Source: an uncultured Chloroflexia bacterium
GTDB lineage: Bacteria; Chloroflexota; Chloroflexia; QHBQ01; JADMIH01
Reading direction: 5' to 3'
DNA: 64,000 nt
NCBI GenBank assembly: GCA_963797095.1
Contig: CAWCNY010000002.1
Span: forward strand, 288,001 to 352,000
Shown in pieces: positions 9,953 to 20,319 of the stretch (position 1 is the first letter of the stretch; every line of letters starts with the position of its first letter). Under the pieces are notes generated by a model. It did no database searches, was not told where the DNA came from, and saw only the letters and a list, made by a program, of their open reading frames with translations. Both the position numbers and the translations under genes were made by a program.

Positions 9953-10918
9953 ATGGATTCGCACGCAGAGCTCACCTCGCGGCCCTATGAAGACCGGGAC
10001 ATCGAGGCGGTTTGCGACCTCCTCAACCTGTGCGATGTTATCGACCGGCAAGACGACCACTACTCCGTCGAGCAGCTAAAGCAGCGCTACGCGTCCTCCA
10101 CCCTCGACCGCTTCAACGATCAGCACGTCTGGGAGGACGCGCAGGGTCGTTTGGGCGCCTTCGCCCAGGTCTGGAGCCACCCCTCCAATTCCACACTAGA
10201 TTGCTACTTCTATTTCCGCGTACACCCCGATATGCGCGGTACCGCCATAGACCGCGAGATAATCGACTGGGCCGTCCATCGCTCACACGAAGCAGGGCAG
10301 CCGCGCGGCTTGAAATCCGTGCTGATGGGCCGGGTGTTCGACCACGACGCCTATTCGCGTGGCCTGTTCGAGCAGCAAGGCTTCCAAATAGTGCGCTTCG
10401 GCCTTCGCATGGAGCGCCCCCTGCGCGACCCCGTGCCCGCTCCGGTCTTTCCCGATGGCTACACACTGCGCCACGCCGAAGGTGAGGAAGATATCGCGCC
10501 CTGGGTCGATTGCTACAACCACTCCTTCATCGACCACTGGGGCTTCCACCCCGACACCGTGGAGGAACGCAAGCACCACCTCCAGCGCCCAGGCTACCAC
10601 CCTGAGCAAGACCTTGTGGCCGTAGCGCCTGATGGCACTTTCGCCGCCTTTTGCTTGTGGTACATGGACGACCCCGCTAGTGATGCACAGGCTGGAAGGG
10701 TGGGCATAATAGGCCTGCTTGGCACTCGCCGGGGACATCGCGGGCTTGGGCTTGGTCGGGCTATGCTAATGGCTGGCCTGCAACATCTCAAAGAGTCGGG
10801 CGCCGACATAGCCAGACTGGGCGTCGACGCCGAGAACCCCACCGGTGCAGCTGGCCTTTACGAGCGTGCAGGCTTTGAGAAAGTAGCCACTCGTATCAGC
10901 TACCACAAGGACGTTTAA
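9953..10918 (+). CDS. Tandem GNAT acetyltransferase (MshD-like)
   Basis: LGTRRGHRGLGLG, LGVDAENPTGA, LYERAGF; SD GGAGGG before ATG 9953. Confidence 0.88.
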   Translation: MDSHAELTSRPYEDRDIEAVCDLLNLCDVIDRQDDHYSVEQLKQRYASSTLDRFNDQHVWEDAQGRLGAFAQVWSHPSNSTLDCYFYFRVHPDMRGTAIDREIIDWAVHRSHEAGQPRGLKSVLMGRVFDHDAYSRGLFEQQGFQIVRFGLRMERPLRDPVPAPVFPDGYTLRHAEGEEDIAPWVDCYNHSFIDHWGFHPDTVEERKHHLQRPGYHPEQDLVAVAPDGTFAAFCLWYMDDPASDAQAGRVGIIGLLGTRRGHRGLGLGRAMLMAGLQHLKESGADIARLGVDAENPTGAAGLYERAGFEKVATRISYHKDV

Positions 10919-10973
10919 CCCCTCCCTAACCCTATCCCCTTTGACAGCTCCCGCTTTATGTTATACTTACGAC

Positions 10974-11121
10974 GAGCGGACACGCGACACCGGTCGAATA
11001 ACGATGCGCCTGTCTAAGACCGGTTTCCAGGAGTGGAACGACGACGGGAATATCAATTCCTTTGAAGCACTGCATCTCGCGTAGCGTGGTCGGACACTGG
11101 GCAGAGTGACCGTTCCGCCTC
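10974..11121 (+). ncRNA. Candidate structured leader RNA / riboswitch
   Basis: Begins ~7 nt after TGnTATACT; multiple nested helices and a possible pseudoknot (see findings). Confidence 0.45.
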
Positions 11122-11145
11122 TTTCCAGGACGGCAGGTCACATAC

Positions 11146-13707
11146 ATGAGCGATAAGAACCCCACGGCTGGCGATTTGAACCAGGCCAATCCTGCATCAC
11201 CCATCCAGCCTGCGGAATCCACACAAGCAAACCCCACCCCCGACAATGCGAGCTCTCGCTCCACACAGGCGAGTGGCCCCAGCACCGGTGGACTGCGCGC
11301 GCTCAGACGTGCTTTCCCCACCTTCCGCTCGCTCTATGCGCGGCAGCAGGCCGAGAGCGTTCCGTACAAGGGCAAGCCTGTCCATCTCATCGTTTCGGCC
11401 ATCCTCCTCACAGTTCTCATCACCCTCCTGATGAGCATCCCACTCCTGCCCGGACAGGTCGAACTTGAGCCTGGCACCCCGGCCCCCCAGGACATCTATT
11501 CCCCCGCCTATCAGCGCTTCGAGTCGCAGGTGCTGACCGACCAGGCCCGCGAAAAAGCCCGCGAGGACCCGTCGAACGAGGTGTGGGTTCAAGACACCAA
11601 CCTCATCCAGCAGAATCGCTCAATTATCCAGAACAATCTCTCCGTGCTGGACATGATTCGCCTGGATGCGAGCATGGACTCGCCACCATCTTCGCATCGC
11701 GAGCCTGCTTTCCAGGGCATCACCCTCACCGAAGAGCTTCTCAACGTCCTCATCCTTCTCCCCCAGTCCGAATACCAGTCGTGGCGGGATAACGGGGTGT
11801 TCGCCTCCTACGATTCCAATATGCGCGGCAGGCGTCTTGCCAGCGAGGCCGATGTTGCCGTTGCCCGCGCCGCCCTCTTCGATAGGCTCCCCTCTTCCTT
11901 CTCAACCGATGAAAAAGAGGCCGCTGTTGCCTTCGTCTCCCCCATGATCGTCGTCAATATGCGCCTCGATGAAGACCAGACCAACGCGCGCCGCGAGCAG
12001 GCTGCCGCCAATGTCGTACCAGTGATCCAGGTGGTACAAAAAGGCGAGGCCATCCTGCGTCAGGGAGAGCTTGTCACCCCCGAAGCCATAGAAAAGATGC
12101 AGGAAGCGGGCCTCCTCAGGCGAGACCTGACCTTCGCCGGTTTGGCAAGTACCGGCGCGCTGGTCGGCCTCTTCATGCTCCTTCTGCACCTTTACATCTT
12201 CAGATATACTCCCCAGGTATGGCAGCGCCAGCGCCAGGTTGTCCTCATCGGCCTCCTGATCCTGGGCACGGTGGGTGTGGCCCGCGTCTTCCTGCCGGGT
12301 CACGCGTTCCTCCCCTACCTTCTCCCTCTTGCCGCCGTCTCGATGCTGATCGCCGTCCTGATCAACACAGATGTGGCCGTGCTTGTCACACTTGTCCTGT
12401 CGGTGCTCACCGTGCTTGTCGCCAACGGCACCAACCTGTCGATGGAACTCACCCTCTACTACTTTGTGAGCGGCCTTGCGGGTATCTTCAGCCTCACCCA
12501 TGTTGAGCGGGTCAGTACCTTCGCGCGGGCGGGCGCTTTCATAGCCCTCTCCTGCTTCCTTGCCGTCTTTACACTGAATGTGATCACTGCCGCCCCCATT
12601 GATTGGAACTCCATCCAGAGCTTCGTCCTTGCTGCGGTCTTCAACGGCGTTGTATCCGCCTCTATCACCTATGCTGCCTTCTCTCTCCTCGGCACCCTCT
12701 TCGGCATCACCACTCCCGTCCAATTGATGGAGCTTGCCCATCCCGACCAGCCTGTGCTGCGCCGGCTGATGCAGGAGGCCCCCGGCACATACCATCACTC
12801 CCTTGTGGTCAGCAATCTTGCCGAGCGCGCCGCCGAAATGATCGGGGCCGACGCTCTCCTCACCCGCGTCTGTGCCTACTACCACGATATAGGCAAGGTC
12901 ATGCACCCCTACTACTTCATCGACAACCAGAGCGGAATGAAGAATATCCATGACAAGCTCGACCCGCGCGAGAGCGCGGCCATCATCGCGGGTCATGTGC
13001 GCGATGGCGTTGAGCTTGGGCGCAAGAGCCGCCTGCCCAGGCGCGTGCTCGACGCTATCCCTCAGCACCACGGCACCATGCTGATCCAGTACTTCTACTA
13101 CAAAGCATTGAAGGAAGATCCCAACACCAACCCCGACGATTTCAGGTATCCCGGCCCCAAGCCCCAGACCAAAGAGAACGCCATCCTCATGCTGGCCGAC
13201 GGTGTGGAAGCCACTGTACGCGCTATGGCCCAGGCAGGCGCTCTCGATAAGCCCCCCACCCCCAACAGCGACGCCAGCGAAAGCCCCGGCCTCTACAACA
13301 ACACCGCCTCCCTCCCTAACGATACCCTGATCAACACCGTACACCGCATCATCAGCGAGCGCATAGAGGACGGCCAACTGGACGAATGCGACCTGACAGT
13401 GCGCGATATTGCCCGCATCCAGGAGGCGTTCGTCAGCATGCTCAAAGGCATCTATCACCCCAGAGTGCAATACCCCAGCAGCACTCAGAAGGAAGAAGAG
13501 CAGCCAACCCCATCTCCCGATGGCGCACGTCCCGCCGAAGCCAAAGGCCACACCACATCTCCCCTCGCCGATGGAATGGTCTCCAATGGGCATGTTTCCC
13601 AGCCCGCAAACGGCTACAGCAATGGGCACACTGCGGCTCTCAATGGCACGAACACCGCTGGCGAACAGCAGCAAGCGCCCGCACAGCCCACAACCCGCGA
13701 ACCCTGA
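11146..13707 (+). CDS. 7TM-HD (HDIG) phosphohydrolase, PgpH-like c-di-AMP phosphodiesterase
   Basis: EAPGTYHHS, YYHDIGK, HHGT, FRYPGPKPQTKE, MLAD; upstream of ybeY. Confidence 0.9.
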   Translation: MSDKNPTAGDLNQANPASPIQPAESTQANPTPDNASSRSTQASGPSTGGLRALRRAFPTFRSLYARQQAESVPYKGKPVHLIVSAILLTVLITLLMSIPLLPGQVELEPGTPAPQDIYSPAYQRFESQVLTDQAREKAREDPSNEVWVQDTNLIQQNRSIIQNNLSVLDMIRLDASMDSPPSSHREPAFQGITLTEELLNVLILLPQSEYQSWRDNGVFASYDSNMRGRRLASEADVAVARAALFDRLPSSFSTDEKEAAVAFVSPMIVVNMRLDEDQTNARREQAAANVVPVIQVVQKGEAILRQGELVTPEAIEKMQEAGLLRRDLTFAGLASTGALVGLFMLLLHLYIFRYTPQVWQRQRQVVLIGLLILGTVGVARVFLPGHAFLPYLLPLAAVSMLIAVLINTDVAVLVTLVLSVLTVLVANGTNLSMELTLYYFVSGLAGIFSLTHVERVSTFARAGAFIALSCFLAVFTLNVITAAPIDWNSIQSFVLAAVFNGVVSASITYAAFSLLGTLFGITTPVQLMELAHPDQPVLRRLMQEAPGTYHHSLVVSNLAERAAEMIGADALLTRVCAYYHDIGKVMHPYYFIDNQSGMKNIHDKLDPRESAAIIAGHVRDGVELGRKSRLPRRVLDAIPQHHGTMLIQYFYYKALKEDPNTNPDDFRYPGPKPQTKENAILMLADGVEATVRAMAQAGALDKPPTPNSDASESPGLYNNTASLPNDTLINTVHRIISERIEDGQLDECDLTVRDIARIQEAFVSMLKGIYHPRVQYPSSTQKEEEQPTPSPDGARPAEAKGHTTSPLADGMVSNGHVSQPANGYSNGHTAALNGTNTAGEQQQAPAQPTTREP

Positions 13708-13716
13708 TCGTGTGAT

Positions 13717-14265
13717 ATGGGCGAAAAATCTTCAATGGAACACGACTCACAAATAGCACCTGAACAGGGCGGCACAGTAAGCGCCGACCCTGGTTCCGAC
13801 TACCTCATTACAGTGCAGGTAGACGACCAATTTGAAGACAAAGTAGACGCCGGTGCCCTTCACACCCTCGCCATCTCCGTGTTGCGCGCCGAGAAAAAGG
13901 TCGGTCCCCTCGAACTGGGCGTGGTAGTCACCACCGACGACGAAGTGCTGGCCCTCAATCGCCAGTACCTCGGCCACGACTACAAAACCGATGTGATCTC
14001 CTTCAGCATGGAGGACGAGGACACCGGCCCCGGCTTCCTCACCCCCGCCGAGCGCCCCCCTTACCTGGGCGACGTAGTTATCTCCTACGACCGCGCAGCC
14101 GACCAGGCTCCCGATTACGGCCACACCACCGCCCAGGAGGTCGCCACCCTCCTCATTCACGGCATCCTCCATCTCCTCGGCTGGGACGATACCGGCGAGG
14201 AGTCCCGCGCCCGCATGCACGCCCGCCAGGATGAGCTTCTATCCCAGGCCGGTCCCACCTTTTAG
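13717..14265 (+). CDS. ybeY: rRNA maturation RNase YbeY
   Basis: LNRQYLG, TDVISF, LGDVVIS, HGILHLLGWD. Confidence 0.95.
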   Translation: MGEKSSMEHDSQIAPEQGGTVSADPGSDYLITVQVDDQFEDKVDAGALHTLAISVLRAEKKVGPLELGVVVTTDDEVLALNRQYLGHDYKTDVISFSMEDEDTGPGFLTPAERPPYLGDVVISYDRAADQAPDYGHTTAQEVATLLIHGILHLLGWDDTGEESRARMHARQDELLSQAGPTF

Positions 14266-14288
14266 CTCTCGGACATAACTGCCCAACT

Positions 14289-14675
14289 GTGCAACAATCC
14301 AAGTCCAAAATCGAAAACCCGAAATCCAAAATAATCCAGAGCTTTGTCTACGCCTTCGCGGGGGTGCGCTACTGCTTCCGTACTCAACTCAACTTCCGCA
14401 TCCACCTGGCAATCGCCCTGCTTGCCATTTTCCTCGGTATCTACCTGGGCCTTTCATGGGTCGAATGGGCGCTTATCGCCACTGTAATCGCGCTCGTACT
14501 GGTCGCCGAGATGGTCAACACAATGGTAGAAGCCCTGGTGGATCTCGTAACTCAACAGTACCACCCCCTTGCCAAGATAGCCAAAGACGTATCGGCGGGC
14601 GTGGTGCTCCTGACTGCCATAAGCGCAGCCATTGTGGGTATTCTGATTTTCCTGCCAAAACTCCTGAGCCTGTAA
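14289..14675 (+). CDS. dgkA: Diacylglycerol/undecaprenol kinase (DgkA family)
   Basis: NFRIH, AEMVNTMVEALVD, AKIAKDVSAG; N-terminus encoded by heptamer repeats. Confidence 0.9.
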   Translation: MQQSKSKIENPKSKIIQSFVYAFAGVRYCFRTQLNFRIHLAIALLAIFLGIYLGLSWVEWALIATVIALVLVAEMVNTMVEALVDLVTQQYHPLAKIAKDVSAGVVLLTAISAAIVGILIFLPKLLSL

Positions 14676-14798
14676 CCCACATCCGTATCTAGCTGTAGGC
14701 TCGGTTGGCGCTCGTACACGCTGGGAGGACTGTGTAGGACGTCTGCCGAGTTCGTCTTTTCTCTTGCAATTTTCCACACCCAATCCATCCACATCCGC

Positions 14799-14827
14799 TT
14801 GACTGCCCTTTTCCCCTAAGTTATAAT
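14799..14827 (+). promoter_or_regulatory. sigma70 promoter of trxA
   Basis: TTGACT-17-TATAAT. Confidence 0.8.
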
Positions 14828-14922
14828 TATCGTGACGACCAAGCAGTTAGCCACACCGCTGCCGTCTAGGTCGGCGAGAAGCGAGGGCGCTTCATTCATA
14901 TAATAAGAGGAGGCTATATAAG

Positions 14923-15261
14923 ATGGCCGAAACAAGTACAGTAGAGAGCGTAATAGAGAGCAACTTTGAGAGCGTGGTGCTCGCATCCGAGACACCTGTA
15001 GTCGTCGATTTCTGGGCACCCTGGTGCGGGCCGTGCCGCATGGTCAGCCCTATAGTGGAAGAACTGAGTCATGAGTATGGCGATTCAGTGCGCTTCACCA
15101 AAATGAACACCGACGAGAACGAAAACACCATGATCGAATACGGTATCACCAGCATCCCCACCCTTATCATCTTCAAGGATGGTCTCGAAGTGAACCGCCT
15201 CGTGGGCTTCGCCCCCAAAGACCAGCTAAGGCGGCAAATCGACCGCTCACTGTCTGCCTAG
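14923..15261 (+). CDS. trxA: Thioredoxin
   Basis: DFWAPWCGPC; SD GAGGAGG. Confidence 0.97.
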   Translation: MAETSTVESVIESNFESVVLASETPVVVDFWAPWCGPCRMVSPIVEELSHEYGDSVRFTKMNTDENENTMIEYGITSIPTLIIFKDGLEVNRLVGFAPKDQLRRQIDRSLSA

Positions 15262-15275
15262 CCCTTATCCCAAAA

Positions 15276-15322
15276 GTGGAAAACAAGAAGGGACCGCCAG
15301 GCGGTCCCTTCTTGTTTTCCAC
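15276..15322. terminator. Bidirectional terminator hairpin between convergent genes
   Basis: GTGGAAAACAAGAAGGGACCGC-CAG-GCGGTCCCTTCTTGTTTTCCAC perfect stem. Confidence 0.85.
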
Positions 15323-15332
15323 GTTGCTCCCG

Positions 15333-16292
15333 CTAATCCGTAGCAGGTTTAGCCTTCCCCTTCGCCTTGGCGTACATCACAGGTGGCCTCCCTTTGAGCG
15401 CGATCGAGATCGCCTTGCGAAACGGCGTCCGCTCAAACCCACCGATCTCCGCCAGCCGCTCGTCCTTAGTGCTGCTGCCCCCGATAAGCATATCAACCTG
15501 GTCCCTGGTGATCAACTTAGGCATCACCGCCTCGATAAGCGGCACCACGGGCCGCACCAGCGCCAGCGGCGCGTGAAACAGCCACCCCTTCTTGCCCCGC
15601 GCCTCCACAGTCCTTCTTAGCATCTCGTTGAACTCGAAAGTCTCAGGCCCCCCGATCTCGAATGTCTGGTTGGTGTACCGGTCGTCATCAAGCGCCTGCG
15701 CATAATACCGTGCCATATCGCGCACGTACAGCGGCTGCACCGGGTAATTGCCCGATCCGAGCACAGGCACCACAGGCAGCATCGTCAACTGCTTGAGCAG
15801 GCCCACGAACTCTCCCCCAGGCCCGATCAGGAACGACGGGCGAAATATCACATACGGGATCTCGCTCTCCTTGACCGCCTTCTCGCCCCGTACCTTATTC
15901 TCAAAATACCCCGTCGGTATACTGCTCGCGCCAAGCGCGCTCATAAACAGGATGCGCTTCACCCCCGCTTCCTGGGCGGCCTTCACCATATTCTCCGCGC
16001 CCTCGCCCATCACCCGGTCGAAAGTCTGCCCCTTGCTGCGTACCTCCCGGATGATCGCCGTCAGGTGGACCACCTTGTCCACCCCCTCCATAGCGCGCCG
16101 CACCTCGTCCAGGTCCGTCACATTCCCTTCCGCCGTGTCGTACCCCAGTGCCTTCAACCTATCCAGGCTCTCCCTATCGCGGGACATTACCCTTATCTCG
16201 TTGCGCGGCATCTTCCCGTCCAGCGCTTCAAGGATGTACCCACCCACGAAGCCTGTGCCGCCGATTATCAATAACATCTCTTTACCTCTCAC
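15333..16292 (-). CDS. NAD(P)-dependent epimerase/SDR, NDUFA9-like
   Basis: GGTGFVG, SALGA, YFENK, FRPS. Confidence 0.88.
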   Translation of the reverse strand: MRGKEMLLIIGGTGFVGGYILEALDGKMPRNEIRVMSRDRESLDRLKALGYDTAEGNVTDLDEVRRAMEGVDKVVHLTAIIREVRSKGQTFDRVMGEGAENMVKAAQEAGVKRILFMSALGASSIPTGYFENKVRGEKAVKESEIPYVIFRPSFLIGPGGEFVGLLKQLTMLPVVPVLGSGNYPVQPLYVRDMARYYAQALDDDRYTNQTFEIGGPETFEFNEMLRRTVEARGKKGWLFHAPLALVRPVVPLIEAVMPKLITRDQVDMLIGGSSTKDERLAEIGGFERTPFRKAISIALKGRPPVMYAKAKGKAKPATD

Positions 16293-18308
16293 TCAATCCT
16301 TGATAACCAATCCTCGCCACCCCAGCCACACCAGCAGCGCCCCCAGCACCACGATTGGCAATCCCAGCGCCAGCATACTCTTGCGCCCCATTCCCGTCTC
16401 AGGCATATACACCATCCATAGGTCGGCGAAATGGTGCGTGCCCGGATCGTAGTACCATCGCGGCTGCGGGTAGTAGGGCGGTGCGGGCATCGCCTCGACA
16501 AGATCGTTCCTGAAGACATGCCCCGCCCACTCCACGGTTACGCTCTCCGGTTTCACACCCAGGTCCTCGTCACGTCCCCCATCTTGCACCGTCGAAGGGT
16601 TCCAGGTGTCCGACTGTATTGTTACGCTGGTCGGGCGATCCTGGATTGAAAAGGTGTAATCGGTGCTCACCGGCTGGTTCGGTACGGGCGCTGTGTTCAC
16701 CCGCACGGGCGCGCCGTCCACCAGTATAGTGACAGTAGCGCGCTGCATCTCAGGCGGCCTGTGGTCCGACAACCTCAGTGTAACATTGAACACCGGAATA
16801 ACGTCTATCTCAGGCCGTATCTGCATCACTCCCATGCCCGTCGTCCACCGGGGCAGCGCCTCCCCCCGCACCTTATCCCCCTCGCTATACGAAAAACCCC
16901 TTTCAAAAAGTGTCACCCCAGCCCCAGGCTAAATCCTCTCCGCCCATTCCTCCACCCTCTGCGTAAGCAAAGTCAAGTGCCCCAGGATGGGCGACGAAGA
17001 AGGCACCCAATGCCGCGCCCCATCGTCGTTCACCACGTTGATGTAAGTATCAAAATTGACCACCGCCCCCAGAAAGTTCACCAGCAACCCCAACGCCAGC
17101 ACGCTAGCAATCGCTACGCGAGACGAAGGACGCCCCGTGATATTAACCGATAAGCTACCTTCGTCCACCGTCCTTCGTCCTCCGTCGAACACCTCCATCA
17201 CCGGCAGCAACACCAAAGGCAGCACAGGGATCAAATAGCGCGGCCCCCACGAGTCGTCCCCGTGCCAGAACGAATAGATGCTGAACAGCCAGATCACCGG
17301 CACCGTTGCCGTAACAATGAAAGCGGTCTCAGCCCGGTGCGCGGCAGCGAACCGAGGCCACCACCACAGCGTCAGCACCACAGGCAGCGCGAACCACACC
17401 AACCCTTTGCCCGGCGACAGCAACAGCCCGAACGCCCCATCGAACCACGGATAAGTGAGCGTGTTCGTGGGGTCAAGCCCGTACCCCGTAGTGAACGGCG
17501 ACCCAAAAACGAGTCGGTTGTATATCAGCAATGGCACCAGGCAAATTACAAGCCCCGGCGCCCACCACGCCCCTCGCCTCACCGCCAATCGAAGGAAACC
17601 ACCCCGTGCATCCGCCCTCGACCCTTCCCAGCTCCGCCACCCTAGATAAACAAAGAACGCGGGCACCATCACCACATACTGCACATTCGTCGCGATAGCC
17701 AGCGCCACCAGCGCCCCCGCCACCACCCCACGCCACGGCTTGCCTCCATCCCCGTCCTTCACCAGCAAATAGAACGCCCCAAGCAGAGCCAGCGTCGTCA
17801 GCGGCTCCGAAAAGAACGTCCTGCTGTGCGGCCACAAAAACGTGCAGAACCCAAGCGCCAGCGCCCCCACCAGGCTAGCCCTGCGTGAATACCCAAGCGC
17901 CAGCCCCAACACCCCGAACAATGCCACGATCCCCGCCCCGATCAGCGCGTTATACGACCCCAATACCAGCCGCAACGGGTACCCCGCCTGGTCCTTAGGG
18001 AACAGCCCTCCCACCAGATCCCCCACAGCCACCCACGGCACCGCCGCCAGCGACTGCCCCGGCCCGTACTGGCTGTACATCCGCCCGTCAGCGCCCTTTA
18101 CCTGCACCAGCGACCCGCTGGCGGGCATCGCCCACGTCCCCTGCTCTACCAGCGACCGCGATGCCGCCAGCATAGTCTCCTCGTCGGGTGAGTAAGTGTG
18201 CCCCGACATGGTGAGCAGGTAAATGCCCAGCATAAACATCAACAACCCCGGCCCCCACCCCGGCCCGGGCATCTTCTCTATCCATTTACTCCGTATAGCG
18301 GTAGTCAT
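16293..18308 (-). pseudogene. GT-C-type membrane glycosyltransferase interrupted by in-frame TAG at 16929-16931
   Basis: SPDEE, YSQYGPGQS, WGPRYL motifs; ORFs 16929..18308 and 16293..16916 are in the same frame separated by one stop plus 4 codons; may be a sequence error. Confidence 0.65.
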
Positions 18309-18363
18309 GGCTGCTGTAGAGTATACAGCCTCTACAGGTGCATGTGTTATCTATTCCCACCCA

Positions 18364-20157
18364 TTACGAGCAGCCCTTGCTCGCCAGCAACTCCTTCCCC
18401 ATCAACCCCAATTCCACCTCATACGGGGTGCCCGCGTTCTCAGGGTGCAACTCAAATCGCGTGCGCTCGAAATACTGCACCGTGTACGGCTTGCCATCGG
18501 CCTGGCTTATCTCCACCACCTGCCCCGACAACGGGTACCCGAAGTTGATCAGCCCGTTGTGCGCCTGCCAGTACTCGCCGATCGGGCCCGATATCGCTTG
18601 CCCTGTCTCAGGGAAATAGACCGCATCCTTCGGAAGAGTTTGTGGATCCACCGGAGAATACCCCTCCCCACCGGTACGCGCATCAATACGGTCAGCCCCC
18701 AGCCGCGTAAGCTGTATCTGGAACTTCAACTTCGTCTGGTTGTCCAGCTTATCCCAATCGGGTATCGTCTTAGCGTACTCAGGGTGATACTCAAATCGCG
18801 CCCGCTCGAAATACTGCACCCAGTAATTCCCCTCAAGCCTCTGCTCGGTCAATGGATACCCGAATATCTCCACCCCGCCGAAGCTTTTCCAGTAGCTCTG
18901 GAACAGCCCGTTTAAATAGTGCCCGGTCTCAGGCACATAAAGCGGCGGTATCCAATTTGGGTCGGTCGGCGTGGGCGTGGGCGACTGCCTGGTTAGCGGC
19001 AAATTGCTCTCCGTCCTGCTCGGCAGCGAGGGTGCTCCCGCGCTCGTCCCTGCTCCCGGCCACCCGTCGCGGAACAGCAGCATGGCAGGCTTCCAGCTAC
19101 CGTCTCGCCTCAGTAGCCCATAGTAATCCTCGAACAACTCCTTGCCCGACCCCAGCGAGATCCCTGGCGGCAGATCCCATAACTGCCAGTTCATCACCCC
19201 AGCTATATCTTCCCCGTTCGCCCCCTCCACCATAAGCTTGTAGAGCAATTCCTGCTGGCTCTCCGTGTAAACAGGGCCGGTACACGCTGGGCCTGTCGGC
19301 CAACCCGTCTCTTGCAGCACAATCGGCTTGTCCGAATGGAGCTTGATGTATTTGATCTGCCAGTCTATATTCCCCGCGTTGTAGCTGTGGAAGCTCAGAA
19401 AGTCGCTCAGATCGGCGGGCGCAAGCCCCCTCGCCGCCTCGTCAGGGTACGGAGGCCCCGTGTCATCCGCCGTAAACAGCCCATCGTACTGCGACATCCC
19501 CACCGTGATCGGGTGGTTAGCATCCAATCGCCTGATCTCCCCCTCCACCGTAGCCATCCACGCGATAAACTCGCGCTGCTTATCGTTGTCGCGCCAGCTT
19601 TCGTACTGGTCCGGCTCGTTGTGCAGGTCCCACGCCAGCACCCTATCGTCCGTCGCGAACGCACTCACTATTGCATCAACATACAGCTTATTGCGCCGCT
19701 CGGCCTCTGCCTGCGGCAGCGTCTCTTTGCCGGGATCATAGAAGTCGAACAGCGCCATGATCACCTTCATGTCCATCTCGCCCGCGATCTGCACCATCTG
19801 GCGCAACTCGTTGAGGTAGACCGGCACCACTTCCCCCGTATCCTTATCGGTCCACCCCGTCGCAGGACTATAGGGCACCAGCACCCGCACCGAGTTCACC
19901 CCGATCTCTTTGGCCCTAGCAAGATCACTCCTGGCCGCTGCCCCATCCCACTGGCTCCACATATAGGCCCACGGTTGATCTTTGGGATAAAAGTTCACTC
20001 CCTTCAGCTTGATCGGCTGCCCGTCAAACACAAGCTGATCGTCCTGCACAGTAACAAAATCGCCTGCACTTTGCGCGGGGGCTAATCGCGTGGAAAGGAA
20101 GAAGCACGCGCAAGCCAGCAGAACAACACCTGCCAGCGCGACACCACGAATACGCAT
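18364..20157 (-). CDS. Secreted glycoside hydrolase (GH5/GH2-like TIM barrel) with Chloroflexi YFPETG repeats
   Basis: Signal peptide; KGVNFYP, AWDLHNEP, FHSY, LQETG; C-terminal VQYFERARFE repeats. Confidence 0.85.
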   Translation of the reverse strand: MRIRGVALAGVVLLACACFFLSTRLAPAQSAGDFVTVQDDQLVFDGQPIKLKGVNFYPKDQPWAYMWSQWDGAAARSDLARAKEIGVNSVRVLVPYSPATGWTDKDTGEVVPVYLNELRQMVQIAGEMDMKVIMALFDFYDPGKETLPQAEAERRNKLYVDAIVSAFATDDRVLAWDLHNEPDQYESWRDNDKQREFIAWMATVEGEIRRLDANHPITVGMSQYDGLFTADDTGPPYPDEAARGLAPADLSDFLSFHSYNAGNIDWQIKYIKLHSDKPIVLQETGWPTGPACTGPVYTESQQELLYKLMVEGANGEDIAGVMNWQLWDLPPGISLGSGKELFEDYYGLLRRDGSWKPAMLLFRDGWPGAGTSAGAPSLPSRTESNLPLTRQSPTPTPTDPNWIPPLYVPETGHYLNGLFQSYWKSFGGVEIFGYPLTEQRLEGNYWVQYFERARFEYHPEYAKTIPDWDKLDNQTKLKFQIQLTRLGADRIDARTGGEGYSPVDPQTLPKDAVYFPETGQAISGPIGEYWQAHNGLINFGYPLSGQVVEISQADGKPYTVQYFERTRFELHPENAGTPYEVELGLMGKELLASKGCS

Positions 20158-20319
20158 CAAATAACCGCTTTCTAGGCTGAATCTCTACCCTTCAAGAATA
20201 CCAACGAGCCATACCCCTGTCCAGATGCAGACCTGACTGCCCCATTTGTTTGGTGCCTTCATCACTTGCCCGATCTCTCCCAACGCGAGCACCCACACGG
20301 AACAACTCCCACATCTCGA

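Noticed and set aside
10974-11121. 6S RNA, SRP RNA, raiA motif or c-di-AMP riboswitch identity
   Set aside because: Diagnostic sequences not seen; left as an unassigned candidate
11902-13674. Long antisense ORFs (also 3226-4584, 20539-21747, 55973-56971)
   Set aside because: Shadow frames of well-supported genes in GC-rich DNA; no motifs
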